A model generated the notes under the pieces. It was not told the origin of the DNA, made no database searches, and worked only from the letters and a program-made list of their open reading frames with translations. From Ignavibacteriota bacterium (lineage in GTDB: Bacteria; Bacteroidota; Ignavibacteria; SZUA-365), in NCBI GenBank assembly GCA_016218045.1, contig JACRFB010000052.1:80481-144480 (forward strand): a stretch of 64,000 nt of DNA. Direction: 5' to 3'. Shown here in pieces: positions 1-10,586 of this stretch; position 1 is the first letter of the stretch; each line of letters begins with the position of its first letter. Made by a program: the position numbers and the translations under genes.

Positions 1-35
1 TTCCACGGGTTCCCTCAAACATCCGATTTCCCTAC

Positions 36-49
36 ATGCAATTATTGCA
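36..49. promoter_or_regulatory. Palindromic box TGCAAT-T-ATTGCA, candidate operator upstream of the DUF3109 gene
   Basis: ATGCAATTATTGC at 36..48 is identical to 63022..63034. GCAAT-N-ATTGC is an inverted repeat. The box lies about 75-85 nt upstream of the ATG at 122. Confidence 0.3.
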
Positions 50-121
50 CCAAAATGCTTCACCATCTTGCGCATTCCTCGTCAATTGCCTATGTTGACC
101 GTGCCCGTACATCACGTCCGT

Positions 122-697
122 ATGCAAAAAAACAGCATAAATAGCATCGAATCACGCATTTTACAGACGCGCTTCGCCTGTGATCTGAGCGCATGCAAGG
201 GGGCCTGCTGTACGTTCCCCGGCGGCTACGGTGCACCCATTCTGGAGGAAGAGGTGCCGCGGCTTCATGAGGCGCTTGCCGTGGTGCGGAGCGTGTTGCC
301 GGAAACGCATGTTGCGGTGATCGATCGCGACGGACTTGTGGAGCGGCACGGGAAGACGCTGCATATCCGCTGCGTGGACCGCCGCGCCTGCGTGTTTGTG
401 GTGTATGAGGGCGACATCGCGGTCTGCAGCATACAGCGCGCCTATGAACGTGGCGCCTTCGGCTGGATGAAACCCATATCCTGCCATCTCTTTCCGATCC
501 GCGTCAGCCGTGCGCAGGATACTGTCACGGCTTTGCGCTTCGAGGAGTTTTCAGAATGTACTCCGGCGCTCGCCAATGGGGAGAAGAGTGATACACGACT
601 TGCCGATTTCCTCGCTCCCGCGCTTGCCCGCGCTTTCGGGCAGCCATTTTCCGATGCGTTGCGCGAAGAAGCTGCGCGCACATCACTGCCTCGCTAG
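122..697 (+). CDS. DUF3109-like Cys-rich protein
   Basis: ORF 68..697. The motif FACDLSACKGACCTFPGGYGAPILEEE matches my memory of the DUF3109 family. ATG at 122 gives about 191 aa. TTG 68 and ATG 92 are alternative starts. Confidence 0.6.
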   Translation: MQKNSINSIESRILQTRFACDLSACKGACCTFPGGYGAPILEEEVPRLHEALAVVRSVLPETHVAVIDRDGLVERHGKTLHIRCVDRRACVFVVYEGDIAVCSIQRAYERGAFGWMKPISCHLFPIRVSRAQDTVTALRFEEFSECTPALANGEKSDTRLADFLAPALARAFGQPFSDALREEAARTSLPR

Positions 698-705
698 GAT
701 TTGCC

Positions 706-2235
706 ATGCTCCATCTCACACAAACCCAGCGCCTCCAGCAGAAACTGACACCCGCACAGGTGCAGTATCTGAAAATCCTCCAATTGCCCGTCCTCGCGCT
801 CGAACAGCGCATCAAGGACGAACTCGAATTGAATCCGCTACTCGAAGAGGGAATGGATCAGGAGGAAGTCCAGGACGATTCCATGGACATGGAACTCGAG
901 GATGTGAAACTGGACACGGACATCGCCGCCGAAGCACCCGTGACGGCGGAAGCCGCCGCCGAAAAACAGACGGAAGCATCCGAAATTGAGAAGATCGAAA
1001 ACTTCGACGAGCGTGACGAGTTTGCGTCGAAGGATGACGAATATTCGTGGGAGGAATTTCTCGACGATAACGAAGGACCGACAACGAGGAACTGGTACGA
1101 CGAGGAGGACGATCGCGAGATACCGACACCCGCCTCGGTGAGCATGATCGAACAGCTCACCGACCAGGTGCACATGCTGGACCTCGACGCGCGCCTGACC
1201 CATCTTGCGGAGGAAATTCTCGGGAACATCGATGAAGACGGCTACTTGCACCGGGATCTTGAAGATCTGGTGCTGGACGTGAATCACGAACACGCGCTTG
1301 CCATCACGCGGGAGGAAGCCGAGTTTGTGCTCGGCAAAATCCAGCGCCTGGATCCCGCCGGTATTGGAGCGCGGAATCTTCGGGAATGCCTGCTCGTGCA
1401 GGCCGAGGTGTCGACCGAGCACAGCACGGCGCGCATCTACGCACAGCTCATCCTGCGCGATTGCTACGATCATCTCGTCAAGAAACACTTCGAGAAGATC
1501 AAGCAGGAACTGCATATCGACGACAAGCTCCTCCGCAAGGCCTTCGATTTTATCACACATCTCAATCCGAAGCCCGGCGAAGGCAACATCACCACGACGC
1601 TGAATTACGTCATTCCCGATTTTTTCATCGTGCGCGAGAAGGACGATTTTGTCATCACACTCAACGACCGTGGCGTGCCTCCGCTGCGTGTGAGCCGCGC
1701 GTATCGCGAAATGCTCTCGAACCGCCGCAGCGGCATCAATCCCGAGGCGCGGCAGTTTCTGCGCCAGAAGATGGAGTCCGCGAAGTGGTTCATACAGTCC
1801 ATCAATCAAAGGCGGCAGACCATGCTCGGCGTGATGCAGACCATCGTCGAGAAGCAGCGCGACTGGTTCGAGCAGGGTCCGGGCTTCCTGAAGCCCCTGA
1901 TCTACCGCGACATTGCCGACGTGATCGGCATGGACATCTCAACAATTTCCCGCGTGGTGAACGGCAAATACGCGCAGACGGAATGGGGTGTCTTCGAACT
2001 GCGCCGTTTCTTCAGCGAGGGAATTCCGACGGCCACGGGCGGAGAAGTCTCGAACACCGAGGTGAAGAGCATCATCCGTGACATCATCGCGGCGGAAGAG
2101 GAAAAGAAACCCCTCAGCGACGAGGCCATAATGCAAATCCTTCGTGAACGCGGCTTCGACATCGCCCGTCGCACGGTGGCAAAGTACCGCGAGGCGCTGG
2201 GCATCCCCGTGTCGCGCCTCCGCGTGAAATTGTAA
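706..2235 (+). CDS. rpoN: RNA polymerase sigma-54 factor
   Basis: N-terminus LTQTQRLQQKLTPAQVQYLKILQLP, acidic region II, and C-terminal RpoN box ARRTVAKYR. Confidence 0.95.
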   Translation: MLHLTQTQRLQQKLTPAQVQYLKILQLPVLALEQRIKDELELNPLLEEGMDQEEVQDDSMDMELEDVKLDTDIAAEAPVTAEAAAEKQTEASEIEKIENFDERDEFASKDDEYSWEEFLDDNEGPTTRNWYDEEDDREIPTPASVSMIEQLTDQVHMLDLDARLTHLAEEILGNIDEDGYLHRDLEDLVLDVNHEHALAITREEAEFVLGKIQRLDPAGIGARNLRECLLVQAEVSTEHSTARIYAQLILRDCYDHLVKKHFEKIKQELHIDDKLLRKAFDFITHLNPKPGEGNITTTLNYVIPDFFIVREKDDFVITLNDRGVPPLRVSRAYREMLSNRRSGINPEARQFLRQKMESAKWFIQSINQRRQTMLGVMQTIVEKQRDWFEQGPGFLKPLIYRDIADVIGMDISTISRVVNGKYAQTEWGVFELRRFFSEGIPTATGGEVSNTEVKSIIRDIIAAEEEKKPLSDEAIMQILRERGFDIARRTVAKYREALGIPVSRLRVKL

Positions 2236-2253
2236 ACAGGAAATCGGTATCCC

Positions 2254-2814
2254 ATGGGCACGCAGCCAGAACGCCTCATTCGATCCACGACTGTCGTGGG
2301 ACTCATTCGTGATGGACACGCGGTGATCGGTGCCGACGGGCAGGTGACCGTGGGCCAGACGGTCATGAAGCACAACGCGCGGAAGATCCGCACTATGTAT
2401 CACGGCCAGGTCCTCACGGGTTTTGCCGGCTCGGCCGCCGACGCTCTCACGCTGTCGGAAAAATTCGAGGAGAAGCTCGAGCAATACCGCGGAAACTTCG
2501 AGCGCGCGGCGGTGGAACTCGCCCGCGAGTGGCGTGGCGACAAGTACCTGCGTCGGCTCGAAGCTCTGCTTGCCGTGCTGAATCGGGAGAAGGCGTACAT
2601 CATCTCCGGCACGGGTGATGTGATAGAACCCGACGACGGCATCATCGCCATCGGCTCGGGCGGACCCTATGCGCTTGCCGCCGCGCGGATGCTCGTTCGG
2701 CACACCACGCTGGCGGCTGGCCACATCGTCCGCGACGCTCTCGGAGCCGCCGCGGAAATTTGTATCTATACCAATACCCAGATTCTCGTGGAAGAACTGC
2801 AACCCCTTGTATGA
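2254..2814 (+). CDS. hslV: ATP-dependent protease subunit HslV
   Basis: [22 protein letters not shown]-terminal Thr protease signature, 186 aa, followed by hslU. Confidence 0.95.
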   Translation: MGTQPERLIRSTTVVGLIRDGHAVIGADGQVTVGQTVMKHNARKIRTMYHGQVLTGFAGSAADALTLSEKFEEKLEQYRGNFERAAVELAREWRGDKYLRRLEALLAVLNREKAYIISGTGDVIEPDDGIIAIGSGGPYALAAARMLVRHTTLAAGHIVRDALGAAAEICIYTNTQILVEELQPLV

Positions 2815-4181
2815 ACGAAGAATACCGTCAACAGCTTGAAGCATCACTCACCCCCGGCCGTATCGTCGCGGAACTCGACAAGTACATCATCGGGCAGCGC
2901 GACGCAAAACGCTCGGTCGCAATAGCCCTCCGCAACAGGTGGCGTCGGCAGAATGTGGACGTGTCACTCCGCGATGAGATCATGCCGAACAACATCATCC
3001 TCATCGGCCCGACGGGGGTTGGAAAAACAGAAATTGCCCGGCGACTGGCAAAACTCGCCGGAGCCCCGTTTGTCAAGGTTGAAGCCACCAAGTACACCGA
3101 GGTCGGGTACGTGGGCCGCGATGTCGAATCGATCATACGCGATCTGGTCGAAATTTCGATGAATCAGGTACGAGCCGAGATGGCGCGTGAAGTGGACGCC
3201 AAAGCCGAAGTTCTGGCGGAGGAACGCCTGCTCGAAATTCTCTTCCCCTACAGGCCTCGCGAAACATCGGCTCCTCCGGCCACCGATGAAATGCATTCCG
3301 AAACCCGTGAGAAACTGCGCGGCCAATTACGTGCGGGCAATCTGGATGAACGAATGGTGGAAGTGGACGTCACCGTCAGCAGCGCACCGATGATGCAGGT
3401 GTTTGGTCCCATGGGTATGGACGACATGGGGATAGATTTCCAGAATCTGCTCGGCAACATGATGCCGAAGAAGAACAAGACCAAAAAGATTCCCGTGCGC
3501 GAGGCCCGTATACTGCTTAAACAGGACGAGGCCCAGAAATTGATCGATCCGGAACAGGTCACACGGATTGCCCTCGAGCGTGTGCAGACATCCGGAATTG
3601 TGTTTCTTGATGAGATCGACAAGGTCGCCGGATCCTCGAACAAGGCGGCGGGCATCGACGTGTCGCGCGAAGGGGTGCAGCGCGATCTGCTGCCCATCGT
3701 GGAAGGCACCACGGTGAACACTAAACATGGTCCGGTGAAGACCGACCATGTCCTGTTTATCGCCTCCGGCGCCTTTCACGTTTCGAAACCGTCCGACCTC
3801 ATTCCGGAACTGCAGGGCCGATTTCCGATACGCGTCGAGTTGCAGAGTCTGACCGTCGACGATTTTATTCAGATCCTGACGCTTCCCGAAAACGCGCTGC
3901 TCAAACAGTATCGCGCGCTTCTGGCGACAGAAGGAGTCGATATCACTTTTTCCGACGAAGCCATCGCCGCCGTCGCGCGGATCGCCACCGAGGTGAACGA
4001 GAACGTCGAGAATATCGGCGCGCGACGACTTCACACCATCCTCAGTTCGCTGCTTGACGATCTGCTGTTTCGCGTCCCCGACGATTTTGACGGCCGCCCC
4101 GTGTTTATCGACGGCGCGATGGTCGAGGAGCGGCTCATGTCGCTCTCGCGCGACAAGGATCTCAGCCGCTACATACTGTGA
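2811..4181 (+). CDS. hslU: ATP-dependent protease ATPase subunit HslU
   Basis: [34 protein letters not shown] and Walker [16 protein letters not shown]. The ATG at 2811 overlaps the hslV stop (ATGA). Confidence 0.95.
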   Translation: MNEEYRQQLEASLTPGRIVAELDKYIIGQRDAKRSVAIALRNRWRRQNVDVSLRDEIMPNNIILIGPTGVGKTEIARRLAKLAGAPFVKVEATKYTEVGYVGRDVESIIRDLVEISMNQVRAEMAREVDAKAEVLAEERLLEILFPYRPRETSAPPATDEMHSETREKLRGQLRAGNLDERMVEVDVTVSSAPMMQVFGPMGMDDMGIDFQNLLGNMMPKKNKTKKIPVREARILLKQDEAQKLIDPEQVTRIALERVQTSGIVFLDEIDKVAGSSNKAAGIDVSREGVQRDLLPIVEGTTVNTKHGPVKTDHVLFIASGAFHVSKPSDLIPELQGRFPIRVELQSLTVDDFIQILTLPENALLKQYRALLATEGVDITFSDEAIAAVARIATEVNENVENIGARRLHTILSSLLDDLLFRVPDDFDGRPVFIDGAMVEERLMSLSRDKDLSRYIL

Positions 4182-4783
4182 CATCATCCCGCATCCGCAT
4201 GTCCGACTCCCACACCTTCTCCCCCGCGCTCCGCTTCTGGCTTTTCCTCCTCGCCATCGCCACGATCTTCTGGCTCGGCGGGCTGAGCATGCGTGCGCTG
4301 ATCGCAAACGAATTCTTCCTTTCGGGTACGCTCGAGTACGATCCGGCGATATCGCTCGACATGGAACGCATCCTGTTCCAGCTCATCTACGCCGCGTCGA
4401 TCACCGTGCTGATCGCGTACTTCGTGGTGCTGGTGTCGGCCATCGCGGTTGTGCGCATCATTCCATTGCCGTTCAAGGAACACCCCTGGCTGCTCATGGC
4501 CTCGCTGCTGTTCTTCCTGTTCGTCCCTGTGGAAGTGTTCACCGGCTATCTCGACGTGAAGTATATTCTGCTGTGGATGCAGACCCTCGACATACTCGAC
4601 GTGCAGGGCCTTCCCGTGTACGAACAGCACAGCGCGATGCTGCGTGAAACGCTCTCGCACCGCATCGGTGCGCTCGGCGGCCTGCCTGTGATGGCGATGT
4701 TCTGCTATTTTACCGCCGTGGCGGTACTTATCTTTCAGCCTTTGCGGAAGAAACCGCAGGTGGAGGAGCGCGCGCGGGTGTAG
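4178..4783 (+). CDS. Hypothetical membrane protein (about 4 TM segments)
   Basis: Hydrophobic segments in ORF 4178..4783. GTG 4178 overlaps the hslU stop (GTGA). ATG 4199 is an alternative start. No family recognised. Confidence 0.5.
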   Translation: MTSSRIRMSDSHTFSPALRFWLFLLAIATIFWLGGLSMRALIANEFFLSGTLEYDPAISLDMERILFQLIYAASITVLIAYFVVLVSAIAVVRIIPLPFKEHPWLLMASLLFFLFVPVEVFTGYLDVKYILLWMQTLDILDVQGLPVYEQHSAMLRETLSHRIGALGGLPVMAMFCYFTAVAVLIFQPLRKKPQVEERARV

Positions 4784-4822
4784 GTCTGCGCGGCACACCG
4801 TTTCTTTGTTCACAATACGAGG

Positions 4823-5104
4823 ATGTACGTGGCTGCACTTGATAAAGAGGCGATGTTGCAGGAACTGCGGGATGTCTGCGCCCATGTCGGATACACCGTG
4901 CGCTTCGAACGCGGTGATTTTTCGGGCGGCGCCTGCATTCTGAAGGAACAGCGCCTGTTGGTTGTCAACAAACGATTTCACATTGACAGAAAACTTTCGA
5001 CCATCGCGCACGCCCTGCGCGAGATCGGCGTGGACGCCGTGTTCATGAAGCCCGCGGTGCGCTCCTACGTCGAGGACGAGTGGAGCAAGGTGGCGCAGGC
5101 ATGA
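4823..5104 (+). CDS. Hypothetical 93-aa protein
   Basis: ORF with an ATGA overlap to the next gene. No family recognised. Confidence 0.45.
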   Translation: MYVAALDKEAMLQELRDVCAHVGYTVRFERGDFSGGACILKEQRLLVVNKRFHIDRKLSTIAHALREIGVDAVFMKPAVRSYVEDEWSKVAQA

Positions 5105-5787
5105 TCAAGGCCGTGGTGTTCGATCTCGACAACACGCTTGTCGATTTTATGCTGATGAAACGCAACGCCGTCGAGGCGGGCATACGAGGCATGATCGATG
5201 CGGGACTGCCGTTCGCGCAGGAGGAGGTCGACCGAACCATCACGGCGATTTACAAGGAGAAGGGGATCGAGTATCAGCAGGTGTTCAACCGCCTGCTCGA
5301 ACAGCTCATCGGCGGTGTCGATCCTAAAATTCTCGCCGCCGGCATCATCGCCTACCGCCGCGCGCGTGAGGCCACTCTGGTGCCGTATCCGCACGTGCAT
5401 TACACGCTCTTCACGCTCGCGCGCTTGGGCCTTCGTCTGGGCGTCGTTTCCGATGCGCCGCAGCTCGAGGCCTGGCTGCGCCTGTGCTCGCTGTCGCTGC
5501 ACCATATATTCGACGCGGTGGTAACCTTCGAGGACACCGGCGTACGAAAACCGGACGCCGCGCCTTTCCGACGCATCCTCTCGCTGCTCGACGTGCAACC
5601 CGAGGAGGCGATCATGGTGGGCGACTGGGAGGACCGCGACATACTGGGCGCAAGCAACGTCGGTATGCGCTCCGCTTTCGCCCGCTACGGCGACACATTC
5701 GGCACGGGCGACACGAGGGCCGACCACGAATTGCGCGACATACGCGAACTCATCGATATCATCACCGGTCTCAACGGCGTCACATGA
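5101..5787 (+). CDS. HAD-superfamily hydrolase
   Basis: MIKAVVFDLDNTLVDF (DxDxT motif I), SDAPQ motif II, GDWEDRDI motif IV. Confidence 0.8.
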   Translation: MIKAVVFDLDNTLVDFMLMKRNAVEAGIRGMIDAGLPFAQEEVDRTITAIYKEKGIEYQQVFNRLLEQLIGGVDPKILAAGIIAYRRAREATLVPYPHVHYTLFTLARLGLRLGVVSDAPQLEAWLRLCSLSLHHIFDAVVTFEDTGVRKPDAAPFRRILSLLDVQPEEAIMVGDWEDRDILGASNVGMRSAFARYGDTFGTGDTRADHELRDIRELIDIITGLNGVT

Positions 5788-6185
5788 GTTCGATCGCGGG
5801 GCTGGGCATCGACATGGAGGACGTCGCGCGCATCGAGGAGATGCTTGCGCGCTGGGGCCGGGCCTTCGCCACGAAAATATTTTCGGATTCGGAGATCCTA
5901 TATTGCGAATCCAAGTTCCATCCCGCGCAGCACTACGCCGCCCGTTTTGCTGCCAAGGAGGCCTTCGCCAAGTCGCTGGGCACGGGATGGCGCGGGCAAT
6001 TCCGATGGAAGGATGTCGAGGTCCGCAACGACGAGTCGGGCAAACCCTCGATTCATGTGCACGGCACTCTTGCGGCCGAAGTAAGCCAGTATCAGATCCA
6101 TCTGTCCCTCTCGCATACGCGCGCGCAGGTCGTGGCCGTCGTGGCCCTCGAACGCGCGCGCGACAATTATCTGGAGAACCAATGA
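5784..6185 (+). CDS. acpS: Holo-[acyl-carrier-protein] synthase
   Basis: GLGIDMEDVARIE, FAAKEAFAKSLG and SLSHTRAQVVAVVALE are typical AcpS blocks. ATG 5784 overlaps the HAD stop. Confidence 0.85.
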   Translation: MSSIAGLGIDMEDVARIEEMLARWGRAFATKIFSDSEILYCESKFHPAQHYAARFAAKEAFAKSLGTGWRGQFRWKDVEVRNDESGKPSIHVHGTLAAEVSQYQIHLSLSHTRAQVVAVVALERARDNYLENQ

Positions 6186-7657
6186 CACACGCGCTCCGCA
6201 TGCTCCGCATGCCGCTTTTTGCAGCCGTCGCGCTCCTCGCGCTCGCAGCCGGATGTTCGAAGGACGATACTCCGACCACTCCGCCGTCGAACAACACTGT
6301 CACCGAGAAGATGCGTCCCACCGTCTTTGTCCACGGCTTCCTCGAGGCGGCCGATGCGTTCACACCGATGGCGCAGCTCTTTGCGCTGAACGGCTACGCG
6401 CAGAATCAACTGCATCAGTTCGATTTCGAGGGATGTATCAGTGGCACGCAGGCAGATGTGGCAAAGATGACAGATCAGTTTAAAGCGTTTGCCGCGTCAG
6501 TCAAGGCACAGACGGGAAGCGACCGCATCGACATCGTTGCACACGGCATCGGCGCGCAGGCAGTGCAGCAGTGGCTCGTAAAACACGGCGGCACCGACGT
6601 TGCGGCGCATGTGATTTTCCTCGGCGGGCAGTTCGACGCGTCGCAGACACTCAACGGCAGTCTCACCCCGTCACCGTGCAAATACCTCACACTTCGCAGC
6701 GACGGCAAGGACGCGACGCAGGCCGGTGACGCGGCCAAGGGCACACTGCAGGGCGCGGACAACCGCACCATCGCGGGCGCCGATCATCAGCAGCTCCTCG
6801 CGTCGAACGACGTGTTTTCCGCTGTCTACACCTTCTGCACCGGGGCCGATCCCACAGTGAAATCGTTGCCCGCATCAATGAATCTGCAGGCGTACACTTT
6901 GCGTTTCCGCGTCATCACCGCCTTTGACAATACGCCCGTGTCCGGCGCGACCGTTGTGTTCCGCCGCATCAAGAAGGGCACCGCCGAACGGCAGGTTACG
7001 GGCGTCCCCCGGGTCGCGACCTCCGATGCGCAGGGGTATGTCGCGCTGACTGACACCGTCAATCCGTACTTCGACATCGAGATCTCCGTCGGCGCGTCCG
7101 GTTATCACGACATGCACATTTTCAGGCAGTCATGGCGGGCAAATTCGCAGAACGAACGCCTGCGTGTGCTTCCGAAAACGGGAGGCAGCGCGTATGTGCA
7201 GGCCATCGTGCAGGGATTCACGCTCGGGAGCACGCATGCTCTCGCATGGGTGTTCAGCCCGTACCGCGCAATCTACAACAACCGCGACCGGCTCACGCTC
7301 GAGTCGTACGATGGCGCCACGCCGCCGGACTACTACGATTACAAGAAGGTGGAACTGGCCACCACACAGACCGCGCCCGCCGCGGGTGTCTCGGCGCAGG
7401 GTTCAAACACCGTGCACATGTTCGTGTTCGACGTCGGTGCCGACAAGACCGACGGCGCGGGCTCCGCACCCGCAGCCGCACTGAACACGTATGGCGTGAA
7501 CAGCTACGACGCGTTCATGAATGCGACGAACGTGTCTCTCAATTACAGCAAGATCACTTTCAACGCAAAGACTCTCGCGCTGCTCAACTTCAAATCGCAG
7601 GGTTCGAATCCGAACAACGGCGGCATCAGCATACTGCAATTCGATTACTCCGAATAA
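6182..7657 (+). CDS. Lipoprotein with a lipase-like alpha/beta-hydrolase fold (nucleophile Ser replaced by Gly) and C-terminal beta-sandwich region
   Basis: Lipobox LALAAGC. VFVHGF...IDIVAHGIGA...VIFLGG aligns with the Bacillus LipA-type VMVHGI...VDIVAHSMGG...VVTLGG. ATG 6182 overlaps the acpS stop. Confidence 0.7.
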   Translation: MTHALRMLRMPLFAAVALLALAAGCSKDDTPTTPPSNNTVTEKMRPTVFVHGFLEAADAFTPMAQLFALNGYAQNQLHQFDFEGCISGTQADVAKMTDQFKAFAASVKAQTGSDRIDIVAHGIGAQAVQQWLVKHGGTDVAAHVIFLGGQFDASQTLNGSLTPSPCKYLTLRSDGKDATQAGDAAKGTLQGADNRTIAGADHQQLLASNDVFSAVYTFCTGADPTVKSLPASMNLQAYTLRFRVITAFDNTPVSGATVVFRRIKKGTAERQVTGVPRVATSDAQGYVALTDTVNPYFDIEISVGASGYHDMHIFRQSWRANSQNERLRVLPKTGGSAYVQAIVQGFTLGSTHALAWVFSPYRAIYNNRDRLTLESYDGATPPDYYDYKKVELATTQTAPAAGVSAQGSNTVHMFVFDVGADKTDGAGSAPAAALNTYGVNSYDAFMNATNVSLNYSKITFNAKTLALLNFKSQGSNPNNGGISILQFDYSE

Positions 7658-7661
7658 GCGG

Positions 7662-8603
7662 ATGAGCCGTTTCACAGCAATTGCGGGCATTCGTCATCCG
7701 GTGATCCAGGCCGGCATGGTCTGGGTCTCCGGATGGCGTCTGGCCACAGCCATCTCAGATGCCGGCGGGCTCGGTCTCATCGGCGCCGGATCCATGAAAC
7801 CGGACCTTCTGGAGGAACATATCCGGAAAGCCCTGTCCGCGACAACGGCGCCGCTTGGAGTGAACATTCCGCTTCTGCGCGGAGACGCGGCGGAACTGGT
7901 AGAGACGAGCATCAACGGCGGGCTCCGGATCGTGTTCACCTCCGCCGGCCATCCGGGGAAGTTCATCGGCCGGCTGAAGGAAGCGGGGTGTATCGTGGTG
8001 CACGTCGTCTCGTCGGTCAAGCAGGCGGTCAAGGCCGAGCAGGCCGGATGCGACGCGATCGTGGCCGAGGGATTCGAGGCGGGCGGACATAACGGCATGG
8101 ACGAAAGCACAACGCTGTGCCTGGTGCCGCAGGTTGTCGACGCTGTTTCCATCCCCGTGCTTGCAGCGGGCGGCATCGCGGACGGCAGGGGAATGCTCGC
8201 CGCCATGGCACTTGGCGCGGATGCCGTCCAGATCGGTACGCGCTTCGCCGCAACCGTGGAATCGTCGGCACATGAAACGTACAAGCGTCTCGTTGTGGAG
8301 AGCGGCGACGCGGGAACGGTGCTTGCGCTGCGCTCTCTCGCCCCTGTTCGTCTGATAAAAACACCTTTCGCTGCACGCGCCTTGGAAGCAGAGCGCAGAG
8401 GCGCCGGACACGAGGAGCTGCGGGCGCTGCTTGGCAGCAAACGTGAACGCGCCGGTATTTTTGAGGGCGACGTGGAGGAAGGCGAATTTGAAGCGGGGCA
8501 GAGCGCCGGTCTGATACACGACATCCCGACCGCGCGAGAGGCGATGGAGCGGCTGCTTCGTGAATACGAAGACGCGCGCGCGCGCCTGTATTCCATTCAC
8601 TGA
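7662..8603 (+). CDS. NAD(P)H-dependent flavin oxidoreductase (nitronate monooxygenase / FabK-like)
   Basis: IRHPVIQAGMVWVSG, AEGFEAGGHNG and IPVLAAGGIADGRG are typical NMO/FabK TIM-barrel motifs. Confidence 0.85.
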   Translation: MSRFTAIAGIRHPVIQAGMVWVSGWRLATAISDAGGLGLIGAGSMKPDLLEEHIRKALSATTAPLGVNIPLLRGDAAELVETSINGGLRIVFTSAGHPGKFIGRLKEAGCIVVHVVSSVKQAVKAEQAGCDAIVAEGFEAGGHNGMDESTTLCLVPQVVDAVSIPVLAAGGIADGRGMLAAMALGADAVQIGTRFAATVESSAHETYKRLVVESGDAGTVLALRSLAPVRLIKTPFAARALEAERRGAGHEELRALLGSKRERAGIFEGDVEEGEFEAGQSAGLIHDIPTAREAMERLLREYEDARARLYSIH

Positions 8604-8685
8604 GGCGTTCCCCATTGCGATATCCCTTGCGCATCGGCACACAAGCACCTAACTTCGTACTTCTCCGCCCACACACGTGATCAGC

Positions 8686-9642
8686 ATGACCCGCACACTC
8701 TCAACCGCCTGTATCCTGCTTCTCGTATTTGCTCTGTCTGGTCCGTCATCGTCGGCCGGCGGAGGCGGCGGTACCGCCGTGTACGATTTTCTCCGCGTGC
8801 CGATGAACGCGCGCGCGGCGTCCCTGGGGAACACCTTCCTCACGATGCGTAATGATCCCGCCATCCTATTTACGAATCCCGGCGGACTCAGTACCATCGA
8901 AAAACCCGCGGGTTCGATAGGGTTTGTCAAGTACCTCCTCGACATCAACGCGGGGTACGCCACCTACACACAGTCGTACGAGGATCTCGGCCACTTCGCC
9001 GCGGGTATTGTGTACATGAATTACGGGAGCTTCGAAGAGACCGACAAACTCGGCACGGTGCTGGGGGAATTTTCGGCATCGGACATCGCACTCAGTCTTG
9101 GATACGGGCGCGCCTTCGATAACGTCCATGTCGGCGCCGCCGTAAAAATCATCTACTCCTCGTACGCCGAATTTTCCTCGAGCGGCCTTGCCCTCGACGC
9201 GGGTGTGGACTATGTGATCCCGGGCCAGGAATTGGTCATCGGATTCAGTGTGCTGAATCTTGGTGCGCAGCTCAGCTCGTACGGAACAACGAGCGAGGCA
9301 CTCCCGCTCGACGTGAAGGTGGGCATCGGCAAAAAATTGGAGCATCTGCCTCTCACCATCATGCTCAACTTTCACAAACTCAACGAGCAGCGCGACGGCG
9401 TGTTTGATCATCTGTCCGACTTTTCGATCGGCGGCGAGTTTGTCCTGAGCAAGGCGCTTCGTGCGCGCGTCGGATACAACAACGAGATGCGCAGGGAATT
9501 GAAAGTCGGGGAGACAGCCAAACTCGCGGGCTTCTCCGCTGGCGTGGGAATCACCGTGTCGCAGTACTTCTTCGACTACGGCTACACGTCGTTCGGACAG
9601 ATCGGATCGTTGCACCGCGTGAGTCTCTCCGCGGCGTTCTGA
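8686..9642 (+). CDS. PorV/PorQ-family outer membrane protein (T9SS-associated)
   Basis: Signal peptide, YDFLRVPMNARAASLGN motif, beta-barrel-like alternating pattern, C-terminal Phe. Confidence 0.7.
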   Translation: MTRTLSTACILLLVFALSGPSSSAGGGGGTAVYDFLRVPMNARAASLGNTFLTMRNDPAILFTNPGGLSTIEKPAGSIGFVKYLLDINAGYATYTQSYEDLGHFAAGIVYMNYGSFEETDKLGTVLGEFSASDIALSLGYGRAFDNVHVGAAVKIIYSSYAEFSSSGLALDAGVDYVIPGQELVIGFSVLNLGAQLSSYGTTSEALPLDVKVGIGKKLEHLPLTIMLNFHKLNEQRDGVFDHLSDFSIGGEFVLSKALRARVGYNNEMRRELKVGETAKLAGFSAGVGITVSQYFFDYGYTSFGQIGSLHRVSLSAAF

Positions 9643-9645
9643 TCG

Positions 9646-10491
9646 ATGCCCGCGCCGCAGCAGCGCTCCGGAGCCCCGCGCGGACCCCACCGTGCTGAGC
9701 AGCGTTCGGGAAGCATCCGCGCAGCACTAACGGAATTCTTCGCTGCCGCACGAGCCGTGCCGCGGGATGTGTCGGTGACATTTATCGCCGTGGCGGTGCT
9801 GAGTGTGGTCTCATACTACTACGGCAGCAAGCGCTTCTTCTATCAGACGTGGGGCCAGGACTTTTCGTCGGATCCGCTGTATCAGTTGTATGAGTACCTG
9901 TACTGGTTTGCGAGCGAATTCACCATCTACTTCGTTGCGCCGCTCTTTATCGTACTTCTTGTGCATCGCAGGCGATTCGCGACGTTCGGGCTCGGTTTCG
10001 GCGACTGGCGTTTCGGGTTGAAAATCACCGCCGTGTTTTACGCGGTGATGCTGCCCGTGCTGTGGATCGTGAGTGATGCACCCGACTTTCAGGCGATGTA
10101 TCCTCACGCACAATTGGTGAAAGGGGATTGGACCCTCTTCCTCATCTACGAGGCCGCCTTTTTCCTGTATTTCACGGGCTGGGAATTTGTGTGGCGCGGC
10201 TACATGCTTTTTGGTCTCGAGAAACACACGGGTGCTGCCGTCGCAATCCTGGCGCAGATGATCCCGTTCGTGATATTGCACAACGGGAAGCCGATGCCAG
10301 AAACTTTCGGCGCCATTGTCGCGGGCATAGCGCTCGGCGCCCTCGCCATCCGCACGCGCTCGTTCTGGTACTGCGTGCTTACGCATTGGCTCGTGATGCT
10401 GACTATCGACCTCTTCGCGACGCTGCGCTTCCGGACCGGCGCGTCGGGCATCGGCCTCGATGCGCTGCTGCACATTGTGAGCGGATCGTGA
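9646..10491 (+). CDS. CPBP-family intramembrane metalloprotease (CAAX protease-like)
   Basis: Multi-TM protein with WEFVWRGYM (EExxxR-like), FVILHNG and LTHWLV His motifs. Confidence 0.75.
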   Translation: MPAPQQRSGAPRGPHRAEQRSGSIRAALTEFFAAARAVPRDVSVTFIAVAVLSVVSYYYGSKRFFYQTWGQDFSSDPLYQLYEYLYWFASEFTIYFVAPLFIVLLVHRRRFATFGLGFGDWRFGLKITAVFYAVMLPVLWIVSDAPDFQAMYPHAQLVKGDWTLFLIYEAAFFLYFTGWEFVWRGYMLFGLEKHTGAAVAILAQMIPFVILHNGKPMPETFGAIVAGIALGALAIRTRSFWYCVLTHWLVMLTIDLFATLRFRTGASGIGLDALLHIVSGS

Positions 10492-10586
10492 TATGTCGTA
10501 TATTGTGATGCTCCGCCTGAATGAATCGCGGGATGTGACCTCATCACACGACCCACGGGGCACGAAGACACACCAGCACACCTCTC

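Noticed and set aside
5065-6363. 432-aa minus-strand ORF spanning the HAD, acpS and lipoprotein genes
   Set aside because: It is antisense to three well-supported plus-strand genes. It has an Arg/Ala/Pro-rich composition and no recognisable motifs, so it is a high-GC artefact.
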